Shown here in pieces: positions 19,534-28,666 of a DNA stretch of 64,000 bases. This DNA is from Reclinomonas americana ATCC 50394 (taxonomy: Eukaryota). The position numbers were made by a program, and so were the translations under genes. Numbering within the stretch: the stretch's first letter is position 1; each line of letters begins with the position of its first letter. The stretch is from NCBI GenBank assembly GCA_048213135.1, contig PS015009.1:1426001-1490000 (forward strand), written 5' to 3'. The notes below the pieces were generated by a model that saw only the letters and a program-made list of their open reading frames with translations, had not been told where the DNA came from and made no database searches.

Positions 19534-20397
19534 TTATTTCCTGATCCTGAAAGAATACAAAGCGGTAAGGTTAACGAAGAACAGGTTGCTGGCCGTTTCA
19601 GACAGCTCCGGGTGATTGGGCACTTTGATCACATTATCGGGTACTACATAAGTTGGTGTGGCTATAAGAAAGAGGCCTCTGTAGGCGTATACCACCGGCA
19701 GGCTGAAGTCGTAGCTGAGAAAAGTAAAACGTTTGCTGTTCTCCGTTACTTCCTGCGGCGGCAGGGGCAAGCCCGGTATATTTTGTTTGTAATACGTGTT
19801 GGTAAAATTCTGCGAACCGGCATTGGCCACTGCTGTAGGTGTAATGACGAGTACCGACTTCCCTTTTATCCATTTGAAATTATGGTTCAATCCTCCGGAA
19901 GCGAAAAAATCTGTTTTGTCTGAAAAAGCAGCGCTTCCGGTAAGCGTGATGTTAACCGGTTGGGTAAGATAAGCCAGGTTGGTGCCTGCCTGTGCTTTCA
20001 GTGCCGATTGCGGCAGCTGCGTGGTATTGTAAAAGAATTTGCTGACATACACATTGCCGGTAAGCCCTTTGTATTTTCCGAATTTATAACCCAGCTCAGC
20101 AATAGTTCCCGCGTATTCCATGCTCTGTATACGGTTATTAAGGAAGACGCTGGTTCCGCTGGCATAAATACCTATGCTATCGAACTGGATGAGAAGTGTT
20201 GGCAGCAGCGCGCTGCTCTTCAAACTATCTGTACGGCCATAATAGTGCAGCCGCGGAGCAAAAACAGCCCCGGCAAGAATAGTGGAAATGGTTTTTTTAA
20301 CGGGCTTGACCACAGGCGCTGCGGGAGGCAGTGTGTCGGTCTGCGCATTTACAGTTATACTCACAACAAGCAGCGTCAGTAACAGGAAGGGTTTCAT
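19534..20397 (-). CDS. Hypothetical outer-membrane beta-barrel protein
   Basis: Signal peptide; alternating hydrophobic/aromatic strands; terminal strand 'FFVNLTALYSF'. Confidence 0.65.
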   Translation of the reverse strand: MKPFLLLTLLVVSITVNAQTDTLPPAAPVVKPVKKTISTILAGAVFAPRLHYYGRTDSLKSSALLPTLLIQFDSIGIYASGTSVFLNNRIQSMEYAGTIAELGYKFGKYKGLTGNVYVSKFFYNTTQLPQSALKAQAGTNLAYLTQPVNITLTGSAAFSDKTDFFASGGLNHNFKWIKGKSVLVITPTAVANAGSQNFTNTYYKQNIPGLPLPPQEVTENSKRFTFLSYDFSLPVVYAYRGLFLIATPTYVVPDNVIKVPNHPELSETASNLFFVNLTALYSFRIRK

Positions 20398-20463
20398 ACA
20401 AAAGCATTTAAAAGTTGCACCCGGCCTGTTTGCAGGAAAGACCGGGTGCAGTGGTTGAATAAT

Positions 20464-21132
20464 TTATTGATTACTGCGTGTGCGGCTCGCACTAACACCT
20501 GTGGCGCTTTGTGTTGCGCTGGCTGCCTGAACGGAAGAACTACGGGTGCCATTATCACTTGTGCGTGTTGTGCTAACGCCCGTAACTGTATTAGTGGCCG
20601 TACCCAGGCCAACACTTCGGGAATTGCTATTGTCACTATTATTGGATGCCCGGGCTGCACTGGCATTTACTGCCGTACCGGTAGCAACGCCTGCATTAAG
20701 ACCGGAGCTGTTGCCATTGCCTGTTGTGTTACGTACCGAACTGACATTAACATCAAGCACCGCTGCGGTACCGGTATTGACAGAAGTACTACGAGCCGCG
20801 TTTTGTGAAGAGGAGGCGGAAGATAATGCCGTGGCTGTTTGCAGGCCCACATTCAACCCTGCGCTCCTGGTGGCGTTGCCAGCTACGGTACTGGCGTTAT
20901 TTGCCGCTGCTGTAGCCTGTACAGCCGCCTGTGTGGCCAGCGTTGCCTGTTGTGTTGCCTGCGATGCCTGGCTGGCGGAGTTAGTGGCGGCACTGACAGT
21001 ACTGTTGACCATCGTTGTTACATTCAAAGCTCCGGATGACCCGCCATTAAGAATACCCAATTGTGCCGAAACGCCTGTCGTTATCGTTGCACCGGTCAGA
21101 AGCAGCGCTAACCTGAAAATGTATTTTTTCAT
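20464..21132 (-). CDS. Secreted Ala/Ser/Thr/Asn-rich repeat protein
   Basis: Signal peptide 'MKKYIF...VSAQ'; mature part low-complexity with about five degenerate repeats. Confidence 0.7.
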   Translation of the reverse strand: MKKYIFRLALLLTGATITTGVSAQLGILNGGSSGALNVTTMVNSTVSAATNSASQASQATQQATLATQAAVQATAAANNASTVAGNATRSAGLNVGLQTATALSSASSSQNAARSTSVNTGTAAVLDVNVSSVRNTTGNGNSSGLNAGVATGTAVNASAARASNNSDNSNSRSVGLGTATNTVTGVSTTRTSDNGTRSSSVQAASATQSATGVSASRTRSNQ

Positions 21133-21381
21133 AATAAGAATTTTTAATGATTTGCAATGAGGTAATGGTAGGGGAATTTCAACAAATGTGCCAGAATTAA
21201 AAGCCGGTAAGCCTTGCCTGTTGAAGATTACAGGGCAAACCAATGATATACGTAAACAACAGGTAATGGGTTTCCCATATTGTTTATTTCATGCCACAAA
21301 TAAGCGGAGTATGATAATAATTTTACAATGAGCAGAAGAAAAAAAATCTTTGAATTGAGAAGAGGCCGGCGGTGTTGATTT

Positions 21382-22038
21382 TTATGGAGCTGTATAACGG
21401 CGCATGGGTCGGATATAACGGTTGCCGGTATGCGTATGAAAACGGGTAGCCACCTGCTGCCATTGCCTGTTGGGACCAAACTTCCACACTATAAAATGGA
21501 GATGGGGAAAAAGCGTATATCCTGTTTTACCACTGTACCCGATGAGCTGACCCTGTTTAACCGTATCGCCAACTTTTACCACAACACCATTAAAACGCAG
21601 GTGCCAGTAACCTGCCCGGCTGCTGTCGGCATGCTGAATAACGATCACGTTGCCATAAGGCCTGTACTTTTTATTCCATCCGCCTTTATTGCCATCCTGC
21701 TTTACCCTTACCACGATGCCGTCTCTTGCAGCAACGATGGGGGTGCCCCTTTTCATTTTAAAATCAAGCGCAGCCCTGTTCTTATGCGAATAGCTGCTGA
21801 AGTAACCCTGCACCAGCAAATGACTGCGGCCGCTTTCATAAGGCAGGCGGTAAACATAACTGGTGTCTTCCTTTATTTTTCCTTTCTGCAGCGCTTTGAT
21901 GAGCGTACGCTGAGGGTCTTTACTTACCGAACAGGAAATAAGAAGTGTAAGCAGCAGCACCGGAAGTATGTACAAACGATCAGTCATCTTCCTGCAAATA
22001 TAAACAGCGCGGGTATCTGTTTGCTGCCGGTTATCCAA
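21382..22038 (-). CDS. M23 family metallopeptidase (probable lipoprotein; start may be 21987)
   Basis: SH...ALDF, YGN, YWHL, VKVGDTV, GYSGKTG, PHLHF. Confidence 0.88.
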   Translation of the reverse strand: MDNRQQTDTRAVYICRKMTDRLYILPVLLLTLLISCSVSKDPQRTLIKALQKGKIKEDTSYVYRLPYESGRSHLLVQGYFSSYSHKNRAALDFKMKRGTPIVAARDGIVVRVKQDGNKGGWNKKYRPYGNVIVIQHADSSRAGYWHLRFNGVVVKVGDTVKQGQLIGYSGKTGYTLFPHLHFIVWKFGPNRQWQQVATRFHTHTGNRYIRPMRRYTAP

Positions 22039-22611
22039 TCAATAGCGGGTACAGTTCCAGGTCACTTTTGAATACCGCCCGCCGGGCGCCGGAAAAGGAT
22101 AGTACCTGGACGGGGTTTTATACATGAGTTCAGTTGGTGTAAGGCGGAGGATAATACCGGTATCATATACAGGCGTTCCCGTTGGGTTATGATTAAATAC
22201 AATTGTTGAATCGTCGGCGAGTAACTGGTAAGAAAAATTATAATGCGGAACGAGGTAACCGGCATTCAGCTGGTCGCTGCCTTTCTTATCTTCCCCGAAA
22301 TGCAGTGTGTCTGCCAGGCCGGAGTTAACTACCACAAAAGGAGCCGACAATCCATCCGCTGCAAAAAAAGTACTGGTGCTGTGGCGCCATTTTCCAAAAA
22401 GCGTATCTACCCGGCTGTTGGTTACCACCGGCGCCGGGTCTGCTGATGACTTGCCGCAGGAGAACAACGAAGTAATCGTGATCAATACGACCACGGGAGT
22501 GACCCATTTTAGATTATGGTATTGCAGAACGTTCATCATAAAATGCCCGCGGCTGGCAGGCCATGGGAAAGATAATACAATTGAAATTAAAATGAAAGTG
22601 GCGGACTGCAT
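22039..22611 (-). CDS. Hypothetical lipoprotein (lipocalin-like); start may be about 22539
   Basis: Lipobox 'LFSC', 'LFGKW' motif. Confidence 0.55.
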   Translation of the reverse strand: MQSATFILISIVLSFPWPASRGHFMMNVLQYHNLKWVTPVVVLITITSLFSCGKSSADPAPVVTNSRVDTLFGKWRHSTSTFFAADGLSAPFVVVNSGLADTLHFGEDKKGSDQLNAGYLVPHYNFSYQLLADDSTIVFNHNPTGTPVYDTGIILRLTPTELMYKTPSRYYPFPAPGGRYSKVTWNCTRY

Positions 22612-22725
22612 TGATAGTACAACAATCCGTTTTTGGCCATTCTGCTTTTGTTTCGGTCATTCCGGCGAGACGAGGAATCTCTTTCCTATATTGATAGATC
22701 CCTCTTACCCCGGTATGACACAAAA

Positions 22726-22758
22726 GAGGCCCATATCACGAAGATATGAGCCTCTTTC
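22726..22758. terminator. Intrinsic terminator
   Basis: aaagaggcccatatc/gatatgagcctcttt hairpin after the 22776 ORF. Confidence 0.6.
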
Positions 22759-22775
22759 ATTCCTGGTATTACGAC

Positions 22776-23333
22776 TTATTTGTTGCCTGTTTTAACTGCA
22801 GCCTGTGTTGAAGTTTTTACTTCCGCTTTGGCAGCGGGTTTTACTTCAGCGGCTGTTTGTTTTACCTGTTTCACATCCTGTTTTACTTCCTGCTTAAATG
22901 CTTTGGCCTCCTGCTTTGCTTCGACTTTCGCTTGCTGTGCGGTGGCGGCCGTGGTAGAAGTCGCTTTTTCATCGGCTTTTACCTGTACTTTGGCGCCGGC
23001 TGCTGTTTGCACATTGTTTTCTGCTGTTTTTACGTCACCATCCACTTTTACATCCGTGTTCACTTTGGTGGCTGTTGCCGCGTCTGCCGCGCTGGTGATT
23101 GTAGTGGTGGCAGCGGTTTTAACATCGGCCACTTTATCCACTGCTGTTTGTGTAGCCGCTTTGGTAGTGGAAGTGGTTTGCTGTACTGCGGATTTGGTTC
23201 CGTTTACGGCACCCGCTGTATTTACTGCTGCATTGGTAGTACTGGTAACGGCTGAGCTTACTTGCGCACCGGCAGTGCTGAACGCTGCTAATCCCAGTAT
23301 CAATGCGCCGGCTTTCAGGAAATTGATTTTCAT
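22776..23333 (-). CDS. Secreted Ala/Thr/Lys/Val-rich low-complexity protein
   Basis: Signal peptide 'MKINFLK...AGAQ'; KQEVKQDVKQ repeats. Confidence 0.7.
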   Translation of the reverse strand: MKINFLKAGALILGLAAFSTAGAQVSSAVTSTTNAAVNTAGAVNGTKSAVQQTTSTTKAATQTAVDKVADVKTAATTTITSAADAATATKVNTDVKVDGDVKTAENNVQTAAGAKVQVKADEKATSTTAATAQQAKVEAKQEAKAFKQEVKQDVKQVKQTAAEVKPAAKAEVKTSTQAAVKTGNK

Positions 23334-23562
23334 AAAAAGAGGTTTTGTATCAATAAAAATAGTTTCGGTTGCATGAAAACCAAAAACTATGCCGCCGGGC
23401 ATTTTAGTGGATATATTCCTGAGGCCATGGAAAGCCTTACAATCATTTATTATATATAGTGTTGTGAAAGCAAGAAGGTGAGGTGATAATGGTGGGAATA
23501 ACTTTTTAAATGGATAACGGTATTTGACAATGGAATGACGGATCTGGTAATCGTGCCCCTGT

Positions 23563-24039
23563 TTATTCCTTAGCCCAGCTTGTAAAGGGCATGCTGACCA
23601 GGTTGGAATTATAATATTTTGCATCTTCCGTAACCTCGCTGGTGACCCAGTCAGGCAAGTCAAATTTTTCCTCTTCACTGCCTAACTCTATTTCTGCAAC
23701 AATAAGCCCTTCATTGGCACCGTGAAAAACGTCTACTTCCCATAATTTGTCTTTATGGTTAATCTTGTACCGGGTTTTTGTTAATTCAAAACCGGGGAAT
23801 AAGTCCAGCAACTCAACGGCATCAGCTAATGGTATTTCATATTCAAATTCATTTCTTGTTGCACCGGTTGTTTTTCCTTTGATGGTAAGGAAGGCATTGG
23901 TGCCAGCTGCCCTTACCCTGATGGTTTTGTTCTCATCAGTAAGTATATAGCCTTGCCTGTACAACACGCCGCCCGGTTTTGAGAGCCCGGCCCACTTGCC
24001 ATGATCTACCAGGAATTTCCGTTCAATTTCAAGTGCCAT
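23563..24039 (-). CDS. CYTH-domain protein
   Basis: EIERKFLV, QGY, IRVR, EFEYEIP, WEVDVF, VAEIEL. Confidence 0.92.
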   Translation of the reverse strand: MALEIERKFLVDHGKWAGLSKPGGVLYRQGYILTDENKTIRVRAAGTNAFLTIKGKTTGATRNEFEYEIPLADAVELLDLFPGFELTKTRYKINHKDKLWEVDVFHGANEGLIVAEIELGSEEEKFDLPDWVTSEVTEDAKYYNSNLVSMPFTSWAKE

Positions 24040-24086
24040 GGTTTTTGTGTTTATTGTTAAGTGTAATTAAGTAATTATGCTCTTGT

Positions 24087-24647
24087 TTATAATGCTATTC
24101 TTTTTTGTTCTTCACTTGTTTTAATAACTTTTTCCAACCTGGACAATCTCGTTTTCTCCTGTTTTGCACTCATGATCCAGTGTGTGGCTACCTTTTTATA
24201 AGAAGGCGCCTGCCCGGTAAAGAAAGTCCAGGCAACTTTATTCGCTTTAAACTGGCGCTCATATTTGCGGTCGAGACTAACGGTTTCATTTTCGTGAGAA
24301 TATACCCGTGATCTGTTTTCTGTTCTTAAACCAAACGCTTTTGTTCCTTCAGCCGTCATTAACCCGGCCCTGGTCAGCTCTTCCACTTTTTTTATGTTGA
24401 TGGCGCTCCAGATGCTGGAACTTTTTCGCGGTGTGAAGCGTATCGTATAGCTTTCCGCGTCAACGGATTTTCTTACCCCGTCTATCCACCCAAAGCAAAG
24501 CGCCTGGTCAACAGATTCCGACCAGCTCATAGAAGGCTTGCCGCTGCTCACTTTATAGAAACCCACCAAAAGTTCGGTTTCTTTTTTGTGATGCTTCTGC
24601 AGCCATTTTCTGAATTGCGAAGATGTGGGGAAGAAAATGGGTGTCAT
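24087..24647 (-). CDS. YdeI/OmpD-associated family protein
   Basis: ALCFGWIDG, FTPRK..S.WS, SAKQEKTR. Confidence 0.9.
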   Translation of the reverse strand: MTPIFFPTSSQFRKWLQKHHKKETELLVGFYKVSSGKPSMSWSESVDQALCFGWIDGVRKSVDAESYTIRFTPRKSSSIWSAINIKKVEELTRAGLMTAEGTKAFGLRTENRSRVYSHENETVSLDRKYERQFKANKVAWTFFTGQAPSYKKVATHWIMSAKQEKTRLSRLEKVIKTSEEQKRIAL

Positions 24648-24685
24648 TATTTAATACCTTAACAATGATAAACGGGTTATTTTAA

Positions 24686-24716
24686 CAGCAGCCATCTTTT
24701 CGGGATGGCTGCTGTA
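24686..24716. terminator. Intrinsic terminator
   Basis: acagcagccatc-tttt-cgggatggctgctgt hairpin. Confidence 0.65.
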
Positions 24717-24759
24717 TTAAACGTGAAGCAAGAATACAAAGTAATAGCTACTATTTCTT

Positions 24760-25581
24760 TTAAGATTGAATAAACTTCAAAAGATCCGCATTAATAGTTG
24801 CCGCCTCTGTTGTTGGCATACCATGCGGGAAGCCGGGGTAAGAGATCAGTGTTCCGTTTTTCAGCAGCTTCACCGCTCTTGCACCGGTGAGTTCGAAAGG
24901 AACGATCTGGTCGTCCTCACCATGCATTACCAGCACCGGTACTTCCACGCTTTTCAGGTCTTCGTTAAAATCTGTTTCCGAAAAAACTTTAATACAGTTG
25001 TAGTGGGCCTTAATGGCACCCATCATACCCTGGCGCCACCAGTTGTCGCGTACGCCCTGCGATACCTTTGCCCCTTCGCGGTTGTAACCGTAGAAAGGAA
25101 TGGTAAAATCCTGGAAGAACTGCTGCCGCTGTGTGGCGGTATTGTTGCGGATGTCGTCGAAAATGGCCATGGGCACGCCATCGGGGTTACTGTCGGACTT
25201 TACCATAATGGGCGTTACCGCGCTGATGAGCACAGCTTTGGCCACACGGCCTTTCCCGTGTTTGGCCACGTACCTGATTACTTCACCGCCGCCGGTGGAA
25301 TGCCCGATGTGGATGGCGTCTTTCAGGTCGAGCGCCGTGGTGAGTTCTGCCACATCTGCCGCATAGGTATCCATGTCGTGTCCGTTGGCGGTTTGGGTGG
25401 AGCGCCCATGCCCCCTGCGGTCGTGCGCAATAACACGGAAGCCATTATTGAGGAAGAACATCATTTGGGCATCCCAGTCGTCGCCGGAGAGGGGCCAGCC
25501 ATGATGAAAAACGATGGGTTGACCGGTTCCCCAGTCTTTGTAATAGATTTCGGTGCCGTCTTTAACAGTGATTGTAGCCAT
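24760..25581 (-). CDS. Alpha/beta hydrolase, non-heme chloroperoxidase/arylesterase type
   Basis: YKDWG, HGWPL, DRRGHGRS, GHSTGGGE, HGEDDQIVP, PHG. Confidence 0.92.
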   Translation of the reverse strand: MATITVKDGTEIYYKDWGTGQPIVFHHGWPLSGDDWDAQMMFFLNNGFRVIAHDRRGHGRSTQTANGHDMDTYAADVAELTTALDLKDAIHIGHSTGGGEVIRYVAKHGKGRVAKAVLISAVTPIMVKSDSNPDGVPMAIFDDIRNNTATQRQQFFQDFTIPFYGYNREGAKVSQGVRDNWWRQGMMGAIKAHYNCIKVFSETDFNEDLKSVEVPVLVMHGEDDQIVPFELTGARAVKLLKNGTLISYPGFPHGMPTTEAATINADLLKFIQS

Positions 25582-25804
25582 TGGATCAGGTTTTAGATTG
25601 TTATTGAAAAAATGTCAATTCCTTAGGTAGAAGAACCTTTCTCAATATAAGCAGCAATAGTTATGGGAATGTTATGCCTTGTATATCAGCATCTCCAGCA
25701 GCAAATGTATTGTCCACAAGGTAGATATTTCCGGGTAAAATGTGGGTGCGGGGGGCGCAGGAAATGAGATCGTGGGAACAAGAGGCGGGTGTCAAAGGTG
25801 GAGC

Positions 25805-25972
25805 TTAGTTGTTAATATCTACCGCATTAACTTTCTTTATCTCACCATTTACAGATAAAACCAAAATACCATTTTGGGCTTTCTTTTGAATGAGGAGTTT
25901 TTGAAACGACAAATCAAGCCCTTTGCGGATTTGCTCACGGAGCTTTTGAATATCTGCTTCATTCATTTTCAT
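25805..25972 (-). CDS. 55-aa protein overlapping the zeta-like ATPase stop (putative partner/antitoxin); not in the ORF track
   Basis: Hand translation MKMNEADIQKLREQIRKGLDLSFQKLLIQKKAQNGILVLSVNGEIKKVNAVDINN*; start overlaps the upstream gene by 14 nt. Confidence 0.7.
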   Translation of the reverse strand: MKMNEADIQKLREQIRKGLDLSFQKLLIQKKAQNGILVLSVNGEIKKVNAVDINN

Positions 25973-26540
25973 CAGGTTGTTTTTTTATTTGTTGCCAAAC
26001 TATTTCATCATGAATTTTTATTTCTGCCTTTCCCTGGCCTTCAGCTACAAAGGTAAATGGTCTGCTCGAATTATTTATAACAAGCCAGTAGTCGCAAATG
26101 GAAGTAAATCTATTGATTAAATTCGAAATGCCCCGAAAATAGCGCCTGCGTATTGTTTCTTCCGGTATGCTATGGCCACCTTCGCTTACTCTTGTTTTAA
26201 CCCGTTCGATTGCGAGGTTTACATCGTTTAACCAGAAATATAGAAGAGTGATTGAATACCCTTTTTCTTTGGCTATTTTAATAGTATTCAAGTATGATAA
26301 AGTTGTCAAAGTCGTTTCAAAGGCAAAATCAACCTCGCTATTTAAAAGTTCATCAATTCTTTCAATCATTATTCTGCCGGCTTGAAATGACACACTTTCT
26401 GGCTGGAACGGGGAAAGCCCCTTTGCAATTTCATCTGCATTAACAAATTCCTTGCAATCAAGCATTTCAGGAAGTACAGTGAAAGATGCTGTTGTTTTTC
26501 CAGCTCCGTTGCATCCTGAAATAATATAAAGATTTGGCAC
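25959..26540 (-). CDS. Zeta-toxin-like / COG4185-type P-loop ATPase
   Basis: 'IISGCNGAGKTT', NADEIA, FETTL, 'RVSEGGHSIP...RRY'. Confidence 0.85.
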   Translation of the reverse strand: MPNLYIISGCNGAGKTTASFTVLPEMLDCKEFVNADEIAKGLSPFQPESVSFQAGRIMIERIDELLNSEVDFAFETTLTTLSYLNTIKIAKEKGYSITLLYFWLNDVNLAIERVKTRVSEGGHSIPEETIRRRYFRGISNLINRFTSICDYWLVINNSSRPFTFVAEGQGKAEIKIHDEIVWQQIKKQPDENE

Positions 26541-26669
26541 TTGTTATTATTTGTCTGTTAAAGCTAATAATATTTGAGCGTTTAATATTTTAGAGTGGTA
26601 TTTTGCAGAATGTTACAGATCTGTTTTGTAAAAACCTCTATTAGTTGTTGATTTACAAGTCACTATTCT

Positions 26670-27708
26670 TTATTCCTTATTTACCTCCGAAAGATATTTA
26701 TCAAAAAACCTTTCAAAAATGTGTTGAGATTCACGGAACATTATATGGTACTCTTTTGAATGCATTGTCATTTCCCTCACCATTGGATGTCTAAATGACA
26801 TTTCAAAAATTTCTAAAAAATCTCTAACTGCTGATTCTTTTTCTTTATTGGATTTCCTCGTTTGAAGTATTTTTATTGTCTCATTACCTAACTCATAAAT
26901 CCAAGGAAAATCATTTTTGAAAATACTCAAAGCCATTAATATTGGAAAATGAGAATTTACACCTTTGGTAAAATGTAGCAGTTCCTCGATCATTGCGGGA
27001 TGAATCTTTCTCCTTTTCCTAAATTCAGGATCAACCCTATTTTCAATTCTTGATGGCAAATCTTCAAACATAATTTTTACTTCCTCAAAAAGCTTTGCAA
27101 CAGAGGTTTCGGCAACATCTTCTACTTTGTTGCTTACTTCGGGTATATTTGTGTTTTTTGAAATTATTTCTGCAGATTTGGCCTTAAAGCTTTCAACGAG
27201 AGTTTTAACTATATTTTCGTCTGGGTCTAAGCCAGGAACTTTTTTTATTAATTCAAAGACCAACTTTGTCAAAGAAGCAATATCGTCATCAAGGTTTTGA
27301 AATTGGGCAAAAGGTCCTTTGATTGCTGAACTTAAAGGAACTCCTAGAGCAAGTCCTACGACTTTTGTGTTAAGTTTTCCTTTAGCGACACCGGCCTCAT
27401 AAAGAATCCACGGCCTATCAACACTGTTTTGAGTTAGCAAGCAAACAACATCGGTTGCTTCGTCAATCTTCTCCATGATGGCTGGATACCATTCAGACCC
27501 GTATTCAATTCCTTGAGTTGCTTTTTTGTCAGAAGAGCGAAAGGATTTTAATGCGCCGGCACTTGCGCTCCTTAATAAGTTTCCAAATTCCTCCGCAAGT
27601 TCTGCGTCTCTAGTGTCGTGACTGATAAAAATTAATGGAGTTTTATTTTTTACAATTATTTCTTTTGCCTCGTCTTTTTTGACAAGCTCGGGCGTATTTT
27701 TTTGCCAT
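26670..27708 (-). pseudogene. TIR-domain protein (345 aa if repaired) with +1 frameshift in an A7 run right after the ATG
   Basis: The frame upstream of the listed ORF continues as 'LIFISHDTRDAELA...GIEYGSEWYPAIMEKI...RPWILYEAGVA' (TIR box 1 and catalytic Glu). ATG at 27708 is out of frame by one nt (T7 at 27697-27703 on the + strand). Confidence 0.8.
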
Positions 27709-27876
27709 ATCGTTTACAGATTGGTAAAGGGTTAGGGTCAAAGCCAATTCATAAATATACGTACACAAATTCACATTTAAAAAATTCAGCACATAATGGA
27801 TGATTGCTTAGCAGTTCCCCCAACAAAAAACCCCCGCATTCGCAGGGGTCATTCAATATGTCATTAAATAAATTTC

Positions 27877-28476
27877 TTACTCCGCTTCCGCCACTACTTC
27901 CTTCACCTCGGGTATCATGCGTTTCATCATGCCTTCAATACCCGCTTTAAGGGTGATCATGCTGGAGGGGCAACCGCTGCAGCTTCCCTGCATCATCAGG
28001 TTTACCTTACCATCTTCATAGCTTTTGAACTGTATGGCGCCACCGTCCATTTCTACGGCAGGTTTTACGTAGTTTTCTAAAAGTTCCTTAATGCGTTTTA
28101 CCACGTCGTCGTCATCGGCGGCTACTTCGTTGCTGCTTTCGGCTTTGCGCAGTACCACTTCTTCTTCATTCACCACGGCCTTGCCGTCTTCCAGGTATTC
28201 TTTTAAAAATTGTTTGATGGTAGGAATCACATCCTGCCAGTCGTCGGTGTCGCTGGTTTTGGTCAGCGTGATGAAGTTGCTGGCAATGAAAACAGATTTG
28301 ATAAAAGGAAAAGTGAACAGCTCCTGCGCCAGTGGCGAAGGGCCTGCGGTTGATTCATCGGCAAAGTCGATGCTCTTGCCCGGGTACAGTAGTTTGTTGG
28401 CCACAAACTTCATGGTTTCGGGGTTGGGCGTCATCTCGGTATAGATACTGATAACCGGGTTTCCTGTCTTGATCAT
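27877..28476 (-). CDS. NifU/Nfu Fe-S scaffold protein
   Basis: N-terminal TPNPETMKF; 'VEMDGG', 'GSCSGCPSS', TLKAGIE. Confidence 0.92.
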   Translation of the reverse strand: MIKTGNPVISIYTEMTPNPETMKFVANKLLYPGKSIDFADESTAGPSPLAQELFTFPFIKSVFIASNFITLTKTSDTDDWQDVIPTIKQFLKEYLEDGKAVVNEEEVVLRKAESSNEVAADDDDVVKRIKELLENYVKPAVEMDGGAIQFKSYEDGKVNLMMQGSCSGCPSSMITLKAGIEGMMKRMIPEVKEVVAEAE

Positions 28477-28666
28477 AATCTCGTATTTAAAAAATTCGAT
28501 ACAAAATTAGCAAGAATTGTGCAGGTATAACTACAAATGGGTACGGACGGGGTTAAATTTTCGGGTTTCGCAAACCGCCGGGCAGGCGCCGCCACCTTTA
28601 ATTATTGGCGGGTTATGCATAATCCTGCAATAATATGTAAATTCACCTCCATATAACTATCCAAAC

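Noticed and set aside
20446-23376. Several overlapping + strand ORFs rich in Cys/Val/Ala
   Set aside because: Products of low-complexity coding sequence on the opposite strand, which has proper signal peptides.
23334-23678. N-terminal extension of the 22776 ORF
   Set aside because: Overlaps the CYTH gene and lies upstream of a clear signal-peptide start at 23333.
24766-25596. 276-aa + strand ORF
   Set aside because: Antisense shadow of the well-supported hydrolase gene; no motifs.
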